A stretch of 64,000 bases of DNA, taken from the NCBI GenBank assembly GCA_964478225.1, contig CAYZHM010000003.1:64632-128631 (forward strand). The letters are read 5' to 3'. This stretch comes from an uncultured Micavibrio sp. Its GTDB lineage: Bacteria > Pseudomonadota > Alphaproteobacteria > Micavibrionales > Micavibrionaceae. Position 1 is the stretch's first letter. Every line of letters starts with the position of its first letter. Positions 39,202 through 48,268 of this stretch are shown in pieces. The translations under genes were made by a program, and so were the position numbers. The notes under the pieces are model-generated. The model did not search any database. It saw only the letters and a program-made list of their open reading frames with translations, and was not told the origin of the DNA.

Positions 39202-39282
39202 TAGAATCCTTCTACGGCTTTTATATAATCAGTCTGGAATACCCCTATTGTAGCAGATTTCCACAAAAATTCCCATAGCATC

Positions 39283-39312
39283 GTGTGCAGAAAAAATGAT
39301 TTTCCTGCACAC
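39283..39312. promoter_or_regulatory. Perfect 8-bp inverted repeat upstream of the flagellin-like gene
   Basis: GTGTGCAG (39283-39290), N14, CTGCACAC (39305-39312), 82 nt upstream of the start at 39201. Confidence 0.4.
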
Positions 39313-39340
39313 AAACACCTAATGAATTGAGGAATAAAAG

Positions 39341-39377
39341 AAAAAAGAGGAGCCGATGAAAATTAATTAATCGGCTC
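39341..39377 (-). terminator. Intrinsic terminator of the 79-aa ORF
   Basis: GAGCCGAT-N12-ATCGGCTC (39350-39377), followed on the minus strand by CTCTTTTTT. Confidence 0.65.
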
Positions 39378-39387
39378 ACCCGCGATC

Positions 39388-39627
39388 TTAAAGACCTAAA
39401 TGGGGCTTGTAGTTAACCTGGCGAGGGGCTCCCTCGCGAGTAACATGCTTTGCACCTGGTGAATTATTCGCATAACGCGCATTCATTTCAGCCACGAAGC
39501 CTGCTGAAACCTCTTCATTAATGGCCTCATCTTTTCTTTTCCAGCCACTACCAAGCTTGCTATCAATCTCACTAACAGCAGTTTCAACATCATCCAAAAC
39601 ATGACCATCATAAAGTTCAACTGACAT
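39388..39627 (-). CDS. Hypothetical small protein (79 aa)
   Basis: Strong SD AAGGAGG 9 nt upstream of the ATG, with its own terminator downstream. No recognisable motif. Confidence 0.55.
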   Translation of the reverse strand: MSVELYDGHVLDDVETAVSEIDSKLGSGWKRKDEAINEEVSAGFVAEMNARYANNSPGAKHVTREGAPRQVNYKPHLGL

Positions 39628-39746
39628 AATTTTACCCCTCCTTAAAAGTTAAAATAGTAACAATTAGAACAACTTTCTTGAAAAGTACCAAAACTCGTCA
39701 CAAAAATGCAATAAAAAATATCATTTTTGTAATTTTATTACTCATT

Positions 39747-39769
39747 TGCACACACAAAAGTGTTGTGCA
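39747..39769. promoter_or_regulatory. Imperfect hairpin between lpdA and the 79-aa ORF sharing the TGCACA/TGTGCA core
   Basis: TGCACACAC...TGTGCA. On the minus strand it forms a stem of about 9 bp with one bulge and a TTTT loop, 40 nt after the lpdA stop. No clear U-tract. Confidence 0.35.
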
Positions 39770-39808
39770 GCGCACATTGTAAACACAGGAGGATGCTATA
39801 ACGTATGT

Positions 39809-41197
39809 CTAGATATGAATCGGGCGCTTATCAACCGCAAGCGCCGCTTCCTTAACGACCTCGCTCAAAGTCGGGTGTGAGTGGCATGTGCGCGCAATAT
39901 CCTCAGCTGTACCCTGAAACTCCATCACAGCAACAACCTCAGCCATTAACTCACCCACATTGGGCCCAATCATATGAGCGCCGAGCACGCGATCTGTCTT
40001 GGCATCGGCCAAAATTTTCACGAATCCATCGGTCATGCCCATTGCCCGAGCGCGCCCATTCGCCATAAACGGAAACTTGCCGGCATTATATTGGACACCC
40101 TCGTCCTTAAGCTGTTCTTCGGTCTTGCCGACATTCGCAACCTCAGGCCATGTATAAACCACACCAGGGATCATGCCGTAATCAATATGCCCGGTCTGTC
40201 CGGCCAACATCTCCGCCAAAATAACACCTTCATCTTCGGCCTTGTGCGCGAGCATCGGCCCGGCGATCACATCACCTATGGCATAAATCCCCGGAACAGA
40301 GCTTTGGAAATGCGCATCCACCTTCACACGTCCGCGCTCATCCAAAGCCACGCCAGCCTTCTCCAAACCAAGCTTATCAGTATACGCCTTACGCCCAATC
40401 GCCATAAGAACAACATCCGCGCTTAACTTTTCACCAGCGCCTCCGGCCGCGGGCTCGACCATCAAATCAACGCCCTGCCCGTTGGATTTTGCCTTCGTCA
40501 CCTTGCTCGACAGCTTAAATTCCATGCCTTGCTTTTTGAAAATCTTCAAAGCTTCTTTGCGAATTTCACCGTCCATGCCCGGCAAAATATTATCCATAAA
40601 TTCTACAACTGTGACCTTCGCTCCCAAACGGCGATACACCGTTCCAAGCTCAAGGCCAATCACACCACCGCCAATCACCACCATGGTTTTCGGCACTTCG
40701 GAAAGCTCCAATGCGCCCGTCGATGAAACCACGCGCTTCTCATCTATATCAATACCGGGAAGCGAAATGACATCTGATCCTGTCGCAATAACTATGGTCT
40801 TACACGCGTAAGTCTCGGCGCCAACCTTGACCTTACCGGCCGCAACAATCTCTCCATGCCCTTTCAAGTGATCGATTTTGTTCTTTTTGAACAAAAACTC
40901 GATCCCCTTGGTATTGGCCTCAACAACCTCATCTTTAAAGGCCATCATCTTAGCCAAATCAAGTTTGGGGCTCACTTCAATACCGATATGCTCAAAATGC
41001 TTCTCGGCATCCTCAAACTTCTCAGAAGAATGCAACATGGCTTTCGAAGGGATACAGCCAATATTCAGACATGTTCCGCCCAGAGTTTCGCGCTTTTCCA
41101 CGCATGCGACCTTCATCCCAAGCTGCGCACAGCGTATCGCACATACATAGCCCCCAGGCCCTGCCCCAATCACAATAACATCGTAGTTTTCAGCCAT
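39809..41197 (-). CDS. lpdA: Dihydrolipoyl dehydrogenase (E3)
   Basis: 462 aa. FAD motif VIGAGPGGY, redox disulfide GGTCLNIGCIPSK, C-terminal HSHPTLSE. Confidence 0.96.
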   Translation of the reverse strand: MAENYDVIVIGAGPGGYVCAIRCAQLGMKVACVEKRETLGGTCLNIGCIPSKAMLHSSEKFEDAEKHFEHIGIEVSPKLDLAKMMAFKDEVVEANTKGIEFLFKKNKIDHLKGHGEIVAAGKVKVGAETYACKTIVIATGSDVISLPGIDIDEKRVVSSTGALELSEVPKTMVVIGGGVIGLELGTVYRRLGAKVTVVEFMDNILPGMDGEIRKEALKIFKKQGMEFKLSSKVTKAKSNGQGVDLMVEPAAGGAGEKLSADVVLMAIGRKAYTDKLGLEKAGVALDERGRVKVDAHFQSSVPGIYAIGDVIAGPMLAHKAEDEGVILAEMLAGQTGHIDYGMIPGVVYTWPEVANVGKTEEQLKDEGVQYNAGKFPFMANGRARAMGMTDGFVKILADAKTDRVLGAHMIGPNVGELMAEVVAVMEFQGTAEDIARTCHSHPTLSEVVKEAALAVDKRPIHI

Positions 41198-41281
41198 TTT
41201 TTGTGAGTATCCTTCTTACAAATTGCCTTTATTCTTTGTCTTTGTATGTACATCAAGCACAATGAAAAAAATAGATGAATA

Positions 41282-41309
41282 TTGACTTAAAAGAACAATT
41301 TCTTATAGG
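41282..41309 (+). promoter_or_regulatory. Possible sigma70-type promoter for the 341-aa/deaminase cassette
   Basis: TTGACT (41282-41287), 16-nt spacer, TATAGG (41304-41309), in an AT-rich 156-nt intergenic region. Confidence 0.35.
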
Positions 41310-41353
41310 ATCCAAGGCTTATACATAAAAAATAGATAGAACACGGCGGGAAG

Positions 41354-42379
41354 ATGGGTTCAACCAGTTACGTATATCATGCTCAAGCAAGCAAGCTCTT
41401 AGGCGACAAGGTTCACGCTTATGGCGTCCCTCCTATGGTGATTGACGGCAAAGAGTACCCTGCCGAACCAGAATACGGCGCTTGCTTTGCCAATGCTGGC
41501 GATCTCTATCACTACCGCGGGCTCCTCATGCAGATGGATGGCTTTCATCTTATTCCAAACGTGCAGAGAAATTTTGAATATGCAACATTTGGCCTTACCG
41601 CAGAGGATCCAAAAGTTCGCCAGAATTATATGGTTCGCATGCGTTTTGAATATGCCAAACATGCAGGGAAACGTCAGCCACGTGATACATCCATGGGCAT
41701 CAAAAGCAGTGGTAAAGATATCCGCCGTATTGAGATGGAAACTCATATCGGCCGTTCAACGCAGCTGGGTATGGCTCTCCGAAAAATACAGGCGCAATAC
41801 AACGATGTTTTGCCGGAAGAACTATCGTCTTTAAAGAAAAACCATCTAAGAGTAAGCAGTGTAACAGCTGTAAAGCGTGCGGGCTTTAATGCCCTTCATG
41901 TGTTACCAGATTATGATGCCTGCGTAACGCTTTTGTTGTCACAAGATTTCTGTGCAACTTCGACACCGCGCATGTACCAGCCCAACCAAAGATCTAAATT
42001 GGATATAGTCGGACAGCGTTTTGAAGGAGAAAGTGAAGCGGTGAGCCTGTATTCTCCAATCAAAGACCTAACTCCAGGAGAAGTCGATGAAATCATGCAG
42101 GCCTCATTGACAAAAATCCAAAATTACCTGGAAAACTCGACTGTCATAAGGCCTATCGAATGCAACCTCAGCAAGGTAGAACAGGCAGATGACTTTGTGA
42201 ACAACAGTACATACATTCCCGGTCAACATGAGGTCTTACACCCCGGCGACTATGCCGGGAGAGCAAATGGAAGACTGACCGCAGCTTTCCGCGAACTATT
42301 TAGAGGGCTACCATCCGCAGATAAAGTCCATGACATATCTGAAAGATTTGTAGCGCGCCCCCAACCTACCGCAGCTTAG
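41354..42379 (+). CDS. Hypothetical 341-aa protein
   Basis: Long ORF with balanced composition, no signal peptide and no recognisable motif. Its stop lies 1 nt before the deaminase-like start. Confidence 0.55.
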   Translation: MGSTSYVYHAQASKLLGDKVHAYGVPPMVIDGKEYPAEPEYGACFANAGDLYHYRGLLMQMDGFHLIPNVQRNFEYATFGLTAEDPKVRQNYMVRMRFEYAKHAGKRQPRDTSMGIKSSGKDIRRIEMETHIGRSTQLGMALRKIQAQYNDVLPEELSSLKKNHLRVSSVTAVKRAGFNALHVLPDYDACVTLLLSQDFCATSTPRMYQPNQRSKLDIVGQRFEGESEAVSLYSPIKDLTPGEVDEIMQASLTKIQNYLENSTVIRPIECNLSKVEQADDFVNNSTYIPGQHEVLHPGDYAGRANGRLTAAFRELFRGLPSADKVHDISERFVARPQPTAA

Positions 42380-42380
42380 A

Positions 42381-43214
42381 ATGCACGCAAATACGATCAT
42401 CAGCCATATGCAAACCGCCGTTGAAGCGGCGCAAACGAGCGAGCACCCAGACAGCAAAGTTGGCTCCTGCATTGTGGGAGACGGCTGGCAATTCTCCAGC
42501 CCCAACTTCTGGCCACAGCCCATACAAGATAAAATTGGGGCCGGTATCAGGGTCGGCAATTCATCCGGTACCATCCATGCGGAAACTGCCTGCTTGCTCC
42601 TCACCCCAAACGCGACATATGGCGCATCAATGTTCTCAACCGATCCGTCTTGCCCGAACTGCGCCAAGAACATGGCCGAGGCCGGCATCAAACATCTCTA
42701 TATCGACCACAAAGGTTTCGAAAAATATTTTCACCAAAAGCGTATGGCAGATTTTGAAACCCTCACTCTTGAAATTTGTACCGCTGCCGGGATAGGTGTA
42801 ACGCGCGTCTTTCGCAAAGAAGGGCGACTGGAAGAAATCATCGCTCCCGGAAATCCCGACCATGTTGAAGATTTTAGCCCGCATTTCGCTTCATGCGTCG
42901 CAAATGGCAAAGAACTCAAAGTCTATGGTGGGGCCAGCACAGGGCTTATCGCCCCTGACCCATATGAAGACAGCAAATATAATCTCCTAATGCAGCCACT
43001 CAATCGCCTTTTAATGATACTCGCCAAAGACGGTCTAAAACCGGCCCCGGTTTCCTTTATCTCCAGCCGCGTGCCTACATCGCGCGAGCTCGTCAACTTC
43101 ATCGGGGCGGGATATGACACAATGCAGATCCTGGACAAAACAGAGGGCCGCGATCCAGAAAGCCTGGTCGCATTCAATACCCTTCAGGAAAAAAATATTT
43201 TAAACGTCAAGTAG
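42381..43214 (+). CDS. dCMP/cytidine deaminase-fold protein with about 130-aa C-terminal extension
   Basis: Zinc motif HAETACLL, about 24 aa, then [20 protein letters not shown] (compare the dCMP deaminase pattern HAE...PCxxCAK.I..GI..V). N-terminal KVGSCIV. The C-terminal half is unassigned. Confidence 0.65.
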   Translation: MHANTIISHMQTAVEAAQTSEHPDSKVGSCIVGDGWQFSSPNFWPQPIQDKIGAGIRVGNSSGTIHAETACLLLTPNATYGASMFSTDPSCPNCAKNMAEAGIKHLYIDHKGFEKYFHQKRMADFETLTLEICTAAGIGVTRVFRKEGRLEEIIAPGNPDHVEDFSPHFASCVANGKELKVYGGASTGLIAPDPYEDSKYNLLMQPLNRLLMILAKDGLKPAPVSFISSRVPTSRELVNFIGAGYDTMQILDKTEGRDPESLVAFNTLQEKNILNVK

Positions 43215-44393
43215 GAGACGCTGAGGATCTTCAAGCGCCTGCTTGATGCGCACCAGCGACGTCACAGCCTCTCGTCCGTCAACAATGCGGTGATCGTAAG
43301 ACAACGCCAGATACATCATCGGCCGCGCTTTGATTTCACCATTCGGCATTACCATCGGACGCTGCACGATATTATGCATGCCCAAAATCGCAGACTGCGG
43401 CGCATTCAAAATCGGCGTCGACATCATCGAACCGAAAATCCCACCATTGGTAATGGTAAACGTTCCGCCGGTCATCTCATCAATCGAGATCTTGCCGTCA
43501 CGCGCACGCGTTCCTAGGTCAACAATCTTGGCTTCAATTTCCGCCATCGACATCTGGTCCGCATCACGAAGAACCGGAACCACAAGACCTTGCGGCGCAG
43601 AAACCGCCACGCCGATGTCATAGTAGTTTTTGTAAATGATATCCGTTCCATCAATTTCGCCATTCACAGCCGGAAACTCTTTAAGCGCCTGAATAGCCGC
43701 CTTCACGAAGAACGACATAAAGCCCAACTTGATACCATGCTTCTTCTCAAAGCTGTCTTTGTACTGCGCGCGCAGATCCATAACCGCAGTCATGTCGACT
43801 TCATTGAACGTGGTAAGCATCGCTGCTGTGTTCTGAGCTTCTTTCAAACGCTTGGCGATCACCTGACGCAGCTTGGTCATTTTCACACGCTCTTCACGTG
43901 GCCCGGTCTCACGCGGAGCAGAAACCTTTGCCGGCGCAGGAGCAGCAGCCCCACCGCCACTCAAATAATTCTGAACATCTTCTTTATTAATGCGTCCACT
44001 GCTCGCAACCTGCGAAGGCTGCACATTATTGTCATCCATCATCTTGCGTGCAGACGGCGATGTTTTTGCAGACTCGATTGAAACGACAGGCGCGGCCTTA
44101 GGCACTTCTTTTTTAGCCTCAACAGGCTTCGGCGCATCATTCGCAACCGCACCCACATTTAGCTCACCCAAAATGGCGCCAACTTCAACAGTCTCGCCCT
44201 CACCAACAGTAATCTTCGCAATGACGCCATCCGACGGCGCGTTCACTTCCAAGGTGACCTTGTCCGTTTCAAGCTCTACAATCGGCTCATCAGCTTTGAC
44301 AGCCTCGCCTTCTTTTTTCAGCCATTGGGCAACAGTTGCCTCGGAAACAGATTCACCCAGTGTTGGAACCACGATTTGCGTCATATTGATCAC
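43200..44393 (-). CDS. sucB: Dihydrolipoamide succinyltransferase (E2 of 2-oxoglutarate dehydrogenase)
   Basis: Lipoyl domain [19 protein letters not shown] linker, catalytic SYDHRIVDG. Confidence 0.96.
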   Translation of the reverse strand: MINMTQIVVPTLGESVSEATVAQWLKKEGEAVKADEPIVELETDKVTLEVNAPSDGVIAKITVGEGETVEVGAILGELNVGAVANDAPKPVEAKKEVPKAAPVVSIESAKTSPSARKMMDDNNVQPSQVASSGRINKEDVQNYLSGGGAAAPAPAKVSAPRETGPREERVKMTKLRQVIAKRLKEAQNTAAMLTTFNEVDMTAVMDLRAQYKDSFEKKHGIKLGFMSFFVKAAIQALKEFPAVNGEIDGTDIIYKNYYDIGVAVSAPQGLVVPVLRDADQMSMAEIEAKIVDLGTRARDGKISIDEMTGGTFTITNGGIFGSMMSTPILNAPQSAILGMHNIVQRPMVMPNGEIKARPMMYLALSYDHRIVDGREAVTSLVRIKQALEDPQRLLLDV

Positions 44394-44464
44394 CGTTTTT
44401 AATTATTTATATTTTTCAGCAACTATTTACGCATATATCACCGGGAATTCAAGAGTCGAAACAA

Positions 44465-45382
44465 TTAAAAATGCGACCACCCGGTATGTTGGAACTGCAG
44501 CTTTCCGCCATTTTTATCATAAACATTCACACCAGATTCTTTCGTAAATCTTCCGATAATCTGCGCCCCTGCGATTGTATGACCCTGCGGCACCGCCATC
44601 AGCAATCGATAATCATCGCCCCCAGTCAAAAGCTGCTCTACTGAAACAGCTTGCGACTCTATAAGCACCCTCGCCTGATCAGAAAACTGAATATCTTCTA
44701 CCTTTATATGCGCCCCGATGCCGGAGCTTTTACAGATATGAGTAAGATCAGCAATCAATCCATCCGAAACATCAATCGCCGCATGAACAGGGTCAGATAA
44801 AAACTCCACCTCTGGCTTGTAATATTTTTCGACAAAAAATTCATCATGGTCTGTTTTTAAACGGCCGCGCAAAACCTCCAGCCCTATCCACGCATCACCA
44901 ACGGGACCACTGAGGACAATATCATCTCCAACCTTCGCCCCGCTGCGCTTCCATGCCTTCCCCTTTTCAACCAGCCCCATCGCAGTAATCGAAATCGACA
45001 AAGGACCATCGATCGAGGTTGTGTCCCCGCCACTGCAAAAAATACCAAAGGCCTTTTGATCGTTGATCAATGCTGACGTAAACTCCTTGAACCACTCTTC
45101 AGAGGGTTTTGAAGGCAATGCAAGATTAAGCTGATAACAAAACGGCTTTGCCCCCATGGCTGCCAAATCCGAAACGTTGACCCGCAGCGCTTTGCACGCA
45201 ATATCGCCAGGCAAAGCATCGGCAAAAAAATGCGTCCCGGCATTCAGCGTATCCGAGGTTACAACCAACTCATGCCCTTCTGGAATTTCCAAAACCGCCG
45301 CATCATTATCAAAAGAAACTTTTTCTTCGCTCAGCAACTGAAAATATTTGGCGATGATGTCGAACTCATTCATGACTTCCAC
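44465..45382 (-). CDS. thiL: Thiamine-monophosphate kinase
   Basis: 305 aa, AIR-synthase-like fold motifs (DDAAVL, SDTLNAGTHF, GGDTT). 13-nt overlap with thiD. Confidence 0.88.
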   Translation of the reverse strand: MEVMNEFDIIAKYFQLLSEEKVSFDNDAAVLEIPEGHELVVTSDTLNAGTHFFADALPGDIACKALRVNVSDLAAMGAKPFCYQLNLALPSKPSEEWFKEFTSALINDQKAFGIFCSGGDTTSIDGPLSISITAMGLVEKGKAWKRSGAKVGDDIVLSGPVGDAWIGLEVLRGRLKTDHDEFFVEKYYKPEVEFLSDPVHAAIDVSDGLIADLTHICKSSGIGAHIKVEDIQFSDQARVLIESQAVSVEQLLTGGDDYRLLMAVPQGHTIAGAQIIGRFTKESGVNVYDKNGGKLQFQHTGWSHF

Positions 45383-46104
45383 CCATGATGAACCGGCCCA
45401 TGCCCTAGCCCAACACCCAATTCATCCGCATGTTGCAAAGCGCCAGTTAAGTAAGTTTTTGCGCTTTGAATTGCCGATTGCAAATCCTCGCCCATCGCCA
45501 GATAAGCGGCAGTCGCCGACGACAACGTGCATCCCGTTCCATGGGTATTTTTGGTATCCACACGCGGCGCAGAAAATTCATAGCGCTGCCCACCCACAAC
45601 CAAAATATCAACCGCCTGATCACCATCATCATGCCCGCCCTTTAAAAGCACAGGAACATCAACATCACCCAAAATCTTCGCCTCTGCTTTATTGGGTGTA
45701 ACGAGTGAAGCCAACGGCACCAACTCACTTTTCAAAACAGCAATCGCATCATCAGAAATTAATGTGTCCCCACTCGTTGCCACCATCACCGGATCAAGAA
45801 CAATGTGCGCAGGCTTATACCGGCGCAAACATTCAGCAATCGCAAGAATAATCTCCGCATTCGCTGTCATCCCTATCTTGACTGCATCAACGCTTATGTC
45901 CTCAAAGACCATCTCAATTTGTTTGCGCACAAAATCCGCGGATACCGCCTCAAATCCGCTTACTCCTTTGGTATTTTGTGCCGTCAGCGCTGTAATCGCC
46001 GCCATACCGTAACACCCGAGCGCCGCAAAGGTTTTAAGATCGGCCTGAATTCCCGCCCCACCCGACGGATCAGACCCTGCAATAGAGAGAACATTTGGGA
46101 TCAT
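45370..46104 (-). CDS. thiD: Hydroxymethylpyrimidine/phosphomethylpyrimidine kinase
   Basis: VLSIAGSDPSGGAGIQADLKTF N-terminus and GTGCTLSSA near the C-terminus. Confidence 0.92.
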   Translation of the reverse strand: MIPNVLSIAGSDPSGGAGIQADLKTFAALGCYGMAAITALTAQNTKGVSGFEAVSADFVRKQIEMVFEDISVDAVKIGMTANAEIILAIAECLRRYKPAHIVLDPVMVATSGDTLISDDAIAVLKSELVPLASLVTPNKAEAKILGDVDVPVLLKGGHDDGDQAVDILVVGGQRYEFSAPRVDTKNTHGTGCTLSSATAAYLAMGEDLQSAIQSAKTYLTGALQHADELGVGLGHGPVHHGWKS

Positions 46105-46120
46105 GACCAGACTTTAGCAA

Positions 46121-46819
46121 TTAATGGACGGCAAGGCCATGTTCTTCAACAGACGCCGCAGCCATATAGCCTAAAAGCTGGGTGGAGGATGCAAGAAAAG
46201 CACCTTTCTTCTTCATATATTTTGCAGCCTCAACGGTTCCCGGCGGATATATAAAATTGCCAGTTCCAATGGCATCAACAAGAACACAGACATTGAATTT
46301 CTTCTTCAATGCACTTTCAACGCTGCTACCAACGCAGTGACCGGCATTGACCCCGGAAACAATCAGGGTTTTAATCCCACGCCCCTTCAGAAGGTTCAAC
46401 AAATCCGTATCACGAAAAACATCATTCCTGTATTTCGCCATTGTAATATCATCCTGATCGGGGCAAACTTGATAAAATCCGCCACGATGCAGAGATGGAT
46501 CGCTCAAGGAATAATCATCATCGCCACACTGGGCAAAATAAGCAAAAATATGAAGTATGCGGTTGCTTTTAAAAGCCGGAATGATCGTTTGGGCAAGAGA
46601 GGCAGCAACATTCTCTGTCTCCTCATTCCCTTGAGCACCGAGACGATCTCCAGCATAGGAAGGATCACAAAACTGACGCTGAACATCAATAACGAGATGG
46701 GCGCATTCCGCATAGTTCGGCTGGCTGGCTGCAAAAAAGTCATGAAATGAGCTAGACGCAGCTTTGTGCCCCCAAAATCTCATATAAGGATAAACCCAAT
46801 CTTTGAGTATATGCGTCAT
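46121..46819 (-). CDS. Isochorismatase-family cysteine hydrolase embedded in the thi operon
   Basis: All three isochorismatase-family catalytic positions are present: LVIDVQRQF (Asp), AKYRNDVF (Lys), LIVSGVNAGHCVGSS (Cys). The ATG at 46819 overlaps the thiE stop as ATGA. Confidence 0.75.
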   Translation of the reverse strand: MTHILKDWVYPYMRFWGHKAASSSFHDFFAASQPNYAECAHLVIDVQRQFCDPSYAGDRLGAQGNEETENVAASLAQTIIPAFKSNRILHIFAYFAQCGDDDYSLSDPSLHRGGFYQVCPDQDDITMAKYRNDVFRDTDLLNLLKGRGIKTLIVSGVNAGHCVGSSVESALKKKFNVCVLVDAIGTGNFIYPPGTVEAAKYMKKKGAFLASSTQLLGYMAAASVEEHGLAVH

Positions 46820-47448
46820 GACTGTGGGTATAAGCCACAACTGCGCAATATGTCAATAAATTTTCTTGTTGCTGCTTCAGGATCCACGGCCTCGCTTATA
46901 CTCCGCATCATCGCCACTCCATCCGCACCAGCCTCAATGACTGCCGCTGCGTTCTCTGGCGTAATCCCGCCGATCCCCACAACCGGAACCGGCGACAATT
47001 TTACAAGCGCCGCAAACTTTTCTGCGCCAAGCACAGGTTTCCCTTTGTCTGTTTTGGTTTCATAGAAAGGCCCCGTTCCGATATAATCAACCACTGCCGG
47101 ATCAACGGCCTTAATCTGCTCTTCAGTAAACGCCGTCACACCGATAATTTTATCCGGCCCTAAAATCGCCCGCGCCTTGGCCGCATCCATATCCCCCTGC
47201 CCCAGATGAACCCCATCCGCATCAATGCCCTTCGCAATATAGACATGATCGTTGATAAGAAGAGGAACAGACAATTGCGCCGCTTTCATTCGCCGGGCAT
47301 TTTCGAGGGCATCATTAGATTTGTCGCGCAACTGCACCATGGTCACACCACCACGCACCGCCGCCAATGTGACATCAACCGGGTCACGGCCAGCGCATAA
47401 AGAAGGATCACAAACGAAATAAGGAGAAAGATTTAAATTTTTGAGCAT
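46816..47448 (-). CDS. thiE: Thiamine-phosphate synthase
   Basis: VTMVQLRDK, GADGVHLGQGD, IGGITPENA motifs. ATG at 47448 preferred over the longer track ORF. Confidence 0.9.
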   Translation of the reverse strand: MLKNLNLSPYFVCDPSLCAGRDPVDVTLAAVRGGVTMVQLRDKSNDALENARRMKAAQLSVPLLINDHVYIAKGIDADGVHLGQGDMDAAKARAILGPDKIIGVTAFTEEQIKAVDPAVVDYIGTGPFYETKTDKGKPVLGAEKFAALVKLSPVPVVGIGGITPENAAAVIEAGADGVAMMRSISEAVDPEAATRKFIDILRSCGLYPQS

Positions 47449-47521
47449 TTCAAAACGTTTAACATGAAACACAACCAAAAAAAACTTGCACATCTGTTTA
47501 TGATTATGTTAAATTATTTCA

Positions 47522-48268
47522 ATGAATTTGAAGACCCTTACAAAGCCCTTTAAGAGAGCGATTGCAACACTCGGAATAGGAAATCCTCATACGGGATACG
47601 ACAATTCCGAAGCAGCCTTAATGATGGCAGGTGTAAAACCAGTTGGTATTTTTGGCGACACGCAAATAACAGCCCAACTACAAATCGCAATACATAAAGG
47701 AAACATCATTGTTGCTGGCGAGTTTCCTTTCAAACAAATATATCGAGTTTACTGCAAGCATGATGAATTAGAAAAAGCAAAACAGGCAATTAATTCTTTA
47801 AAAGGCGGGGAACGATCCGAGATATATAATTTTACAATTGCTAATGTTTATGAAGGGTGGTCTCCCGGCCCCGAGGAAAAAGACCTCGAAGAGGGAAAAC
47901 TAACTTTTATCGACTTTGAAATGGAATCTACAATTTTTGTTTTGGCTCAAAAAGACAAAATAAAAGATGCGCACGAATTAATTATTTTATACTACAATGA
48001 CATCTTCGAAAGTCCCTATATATCAGCCGAAAGACGCCGACAATTGCAATCTACGGAATGGGAAGAGGGCAGCGCTTTGGTAGGAAAAATTTTAGGCTTC
48101 ACAGACAATGACATTGCCTGGTTCAACGGCGAGAAATACCAAAACCCCGTAATAAAAGGGTTGATGACATATACAAACGACTGGCGGCAAACAATTCGTC
48201 AAGAAATCATGCTCGAAGACGCCGAAGACCGTTTTTCAGGCTTAAAATCACCCGAAAATAATCTCTAA
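47522..48268 (+). CDS. Hypothetical protein
   Basis: 248-aa ORF, AT-richer than its neighbours, no recognisable motif. Convergent 4-nt overlap with sucA. Confidence 0.5.
   Translation: MNLKTLTKPFKRAIATLGIGNPHTGYDNSEAALMMAGVKPVGIFGDTQITAQLQIAIHKGNIIVAGEFPFKQIYRVYCKHDELEKAKQAINSLKGGERSEIYNFTIANVYEGWSPGPEEKDLEEGKLTFIDFEMESTIFVLAQKDKIKDAHELIILYYNDIFESPYISAERRRQLQSTEWEEGSALVGKILGFTDNDIAWFNGEKYQNPVIKGLMTYTNDWRQTIRQEIMLEDAEDRFSGLKSPENNL

Noticed and set aside
39202-39240. Sigma28-like -10 element (GCCGTAGA versus GCCGATAA) upstream of the flagellin-like gene
   Set aside because: It ends about 10 nt from the ATG, leaving no room for a leader or SD, and no TAAA -35 element lies at the required spacing. 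I also found no sigma54 GG-N10-GC match.
47449-47521. Expected TPP riboswitch upstream of thiE
   Set aside because: The gap is only 73 nt, and neither strand shows the conserved CTGAGA / ACCTGATCTGGATAATGCCAGCG-like elements.
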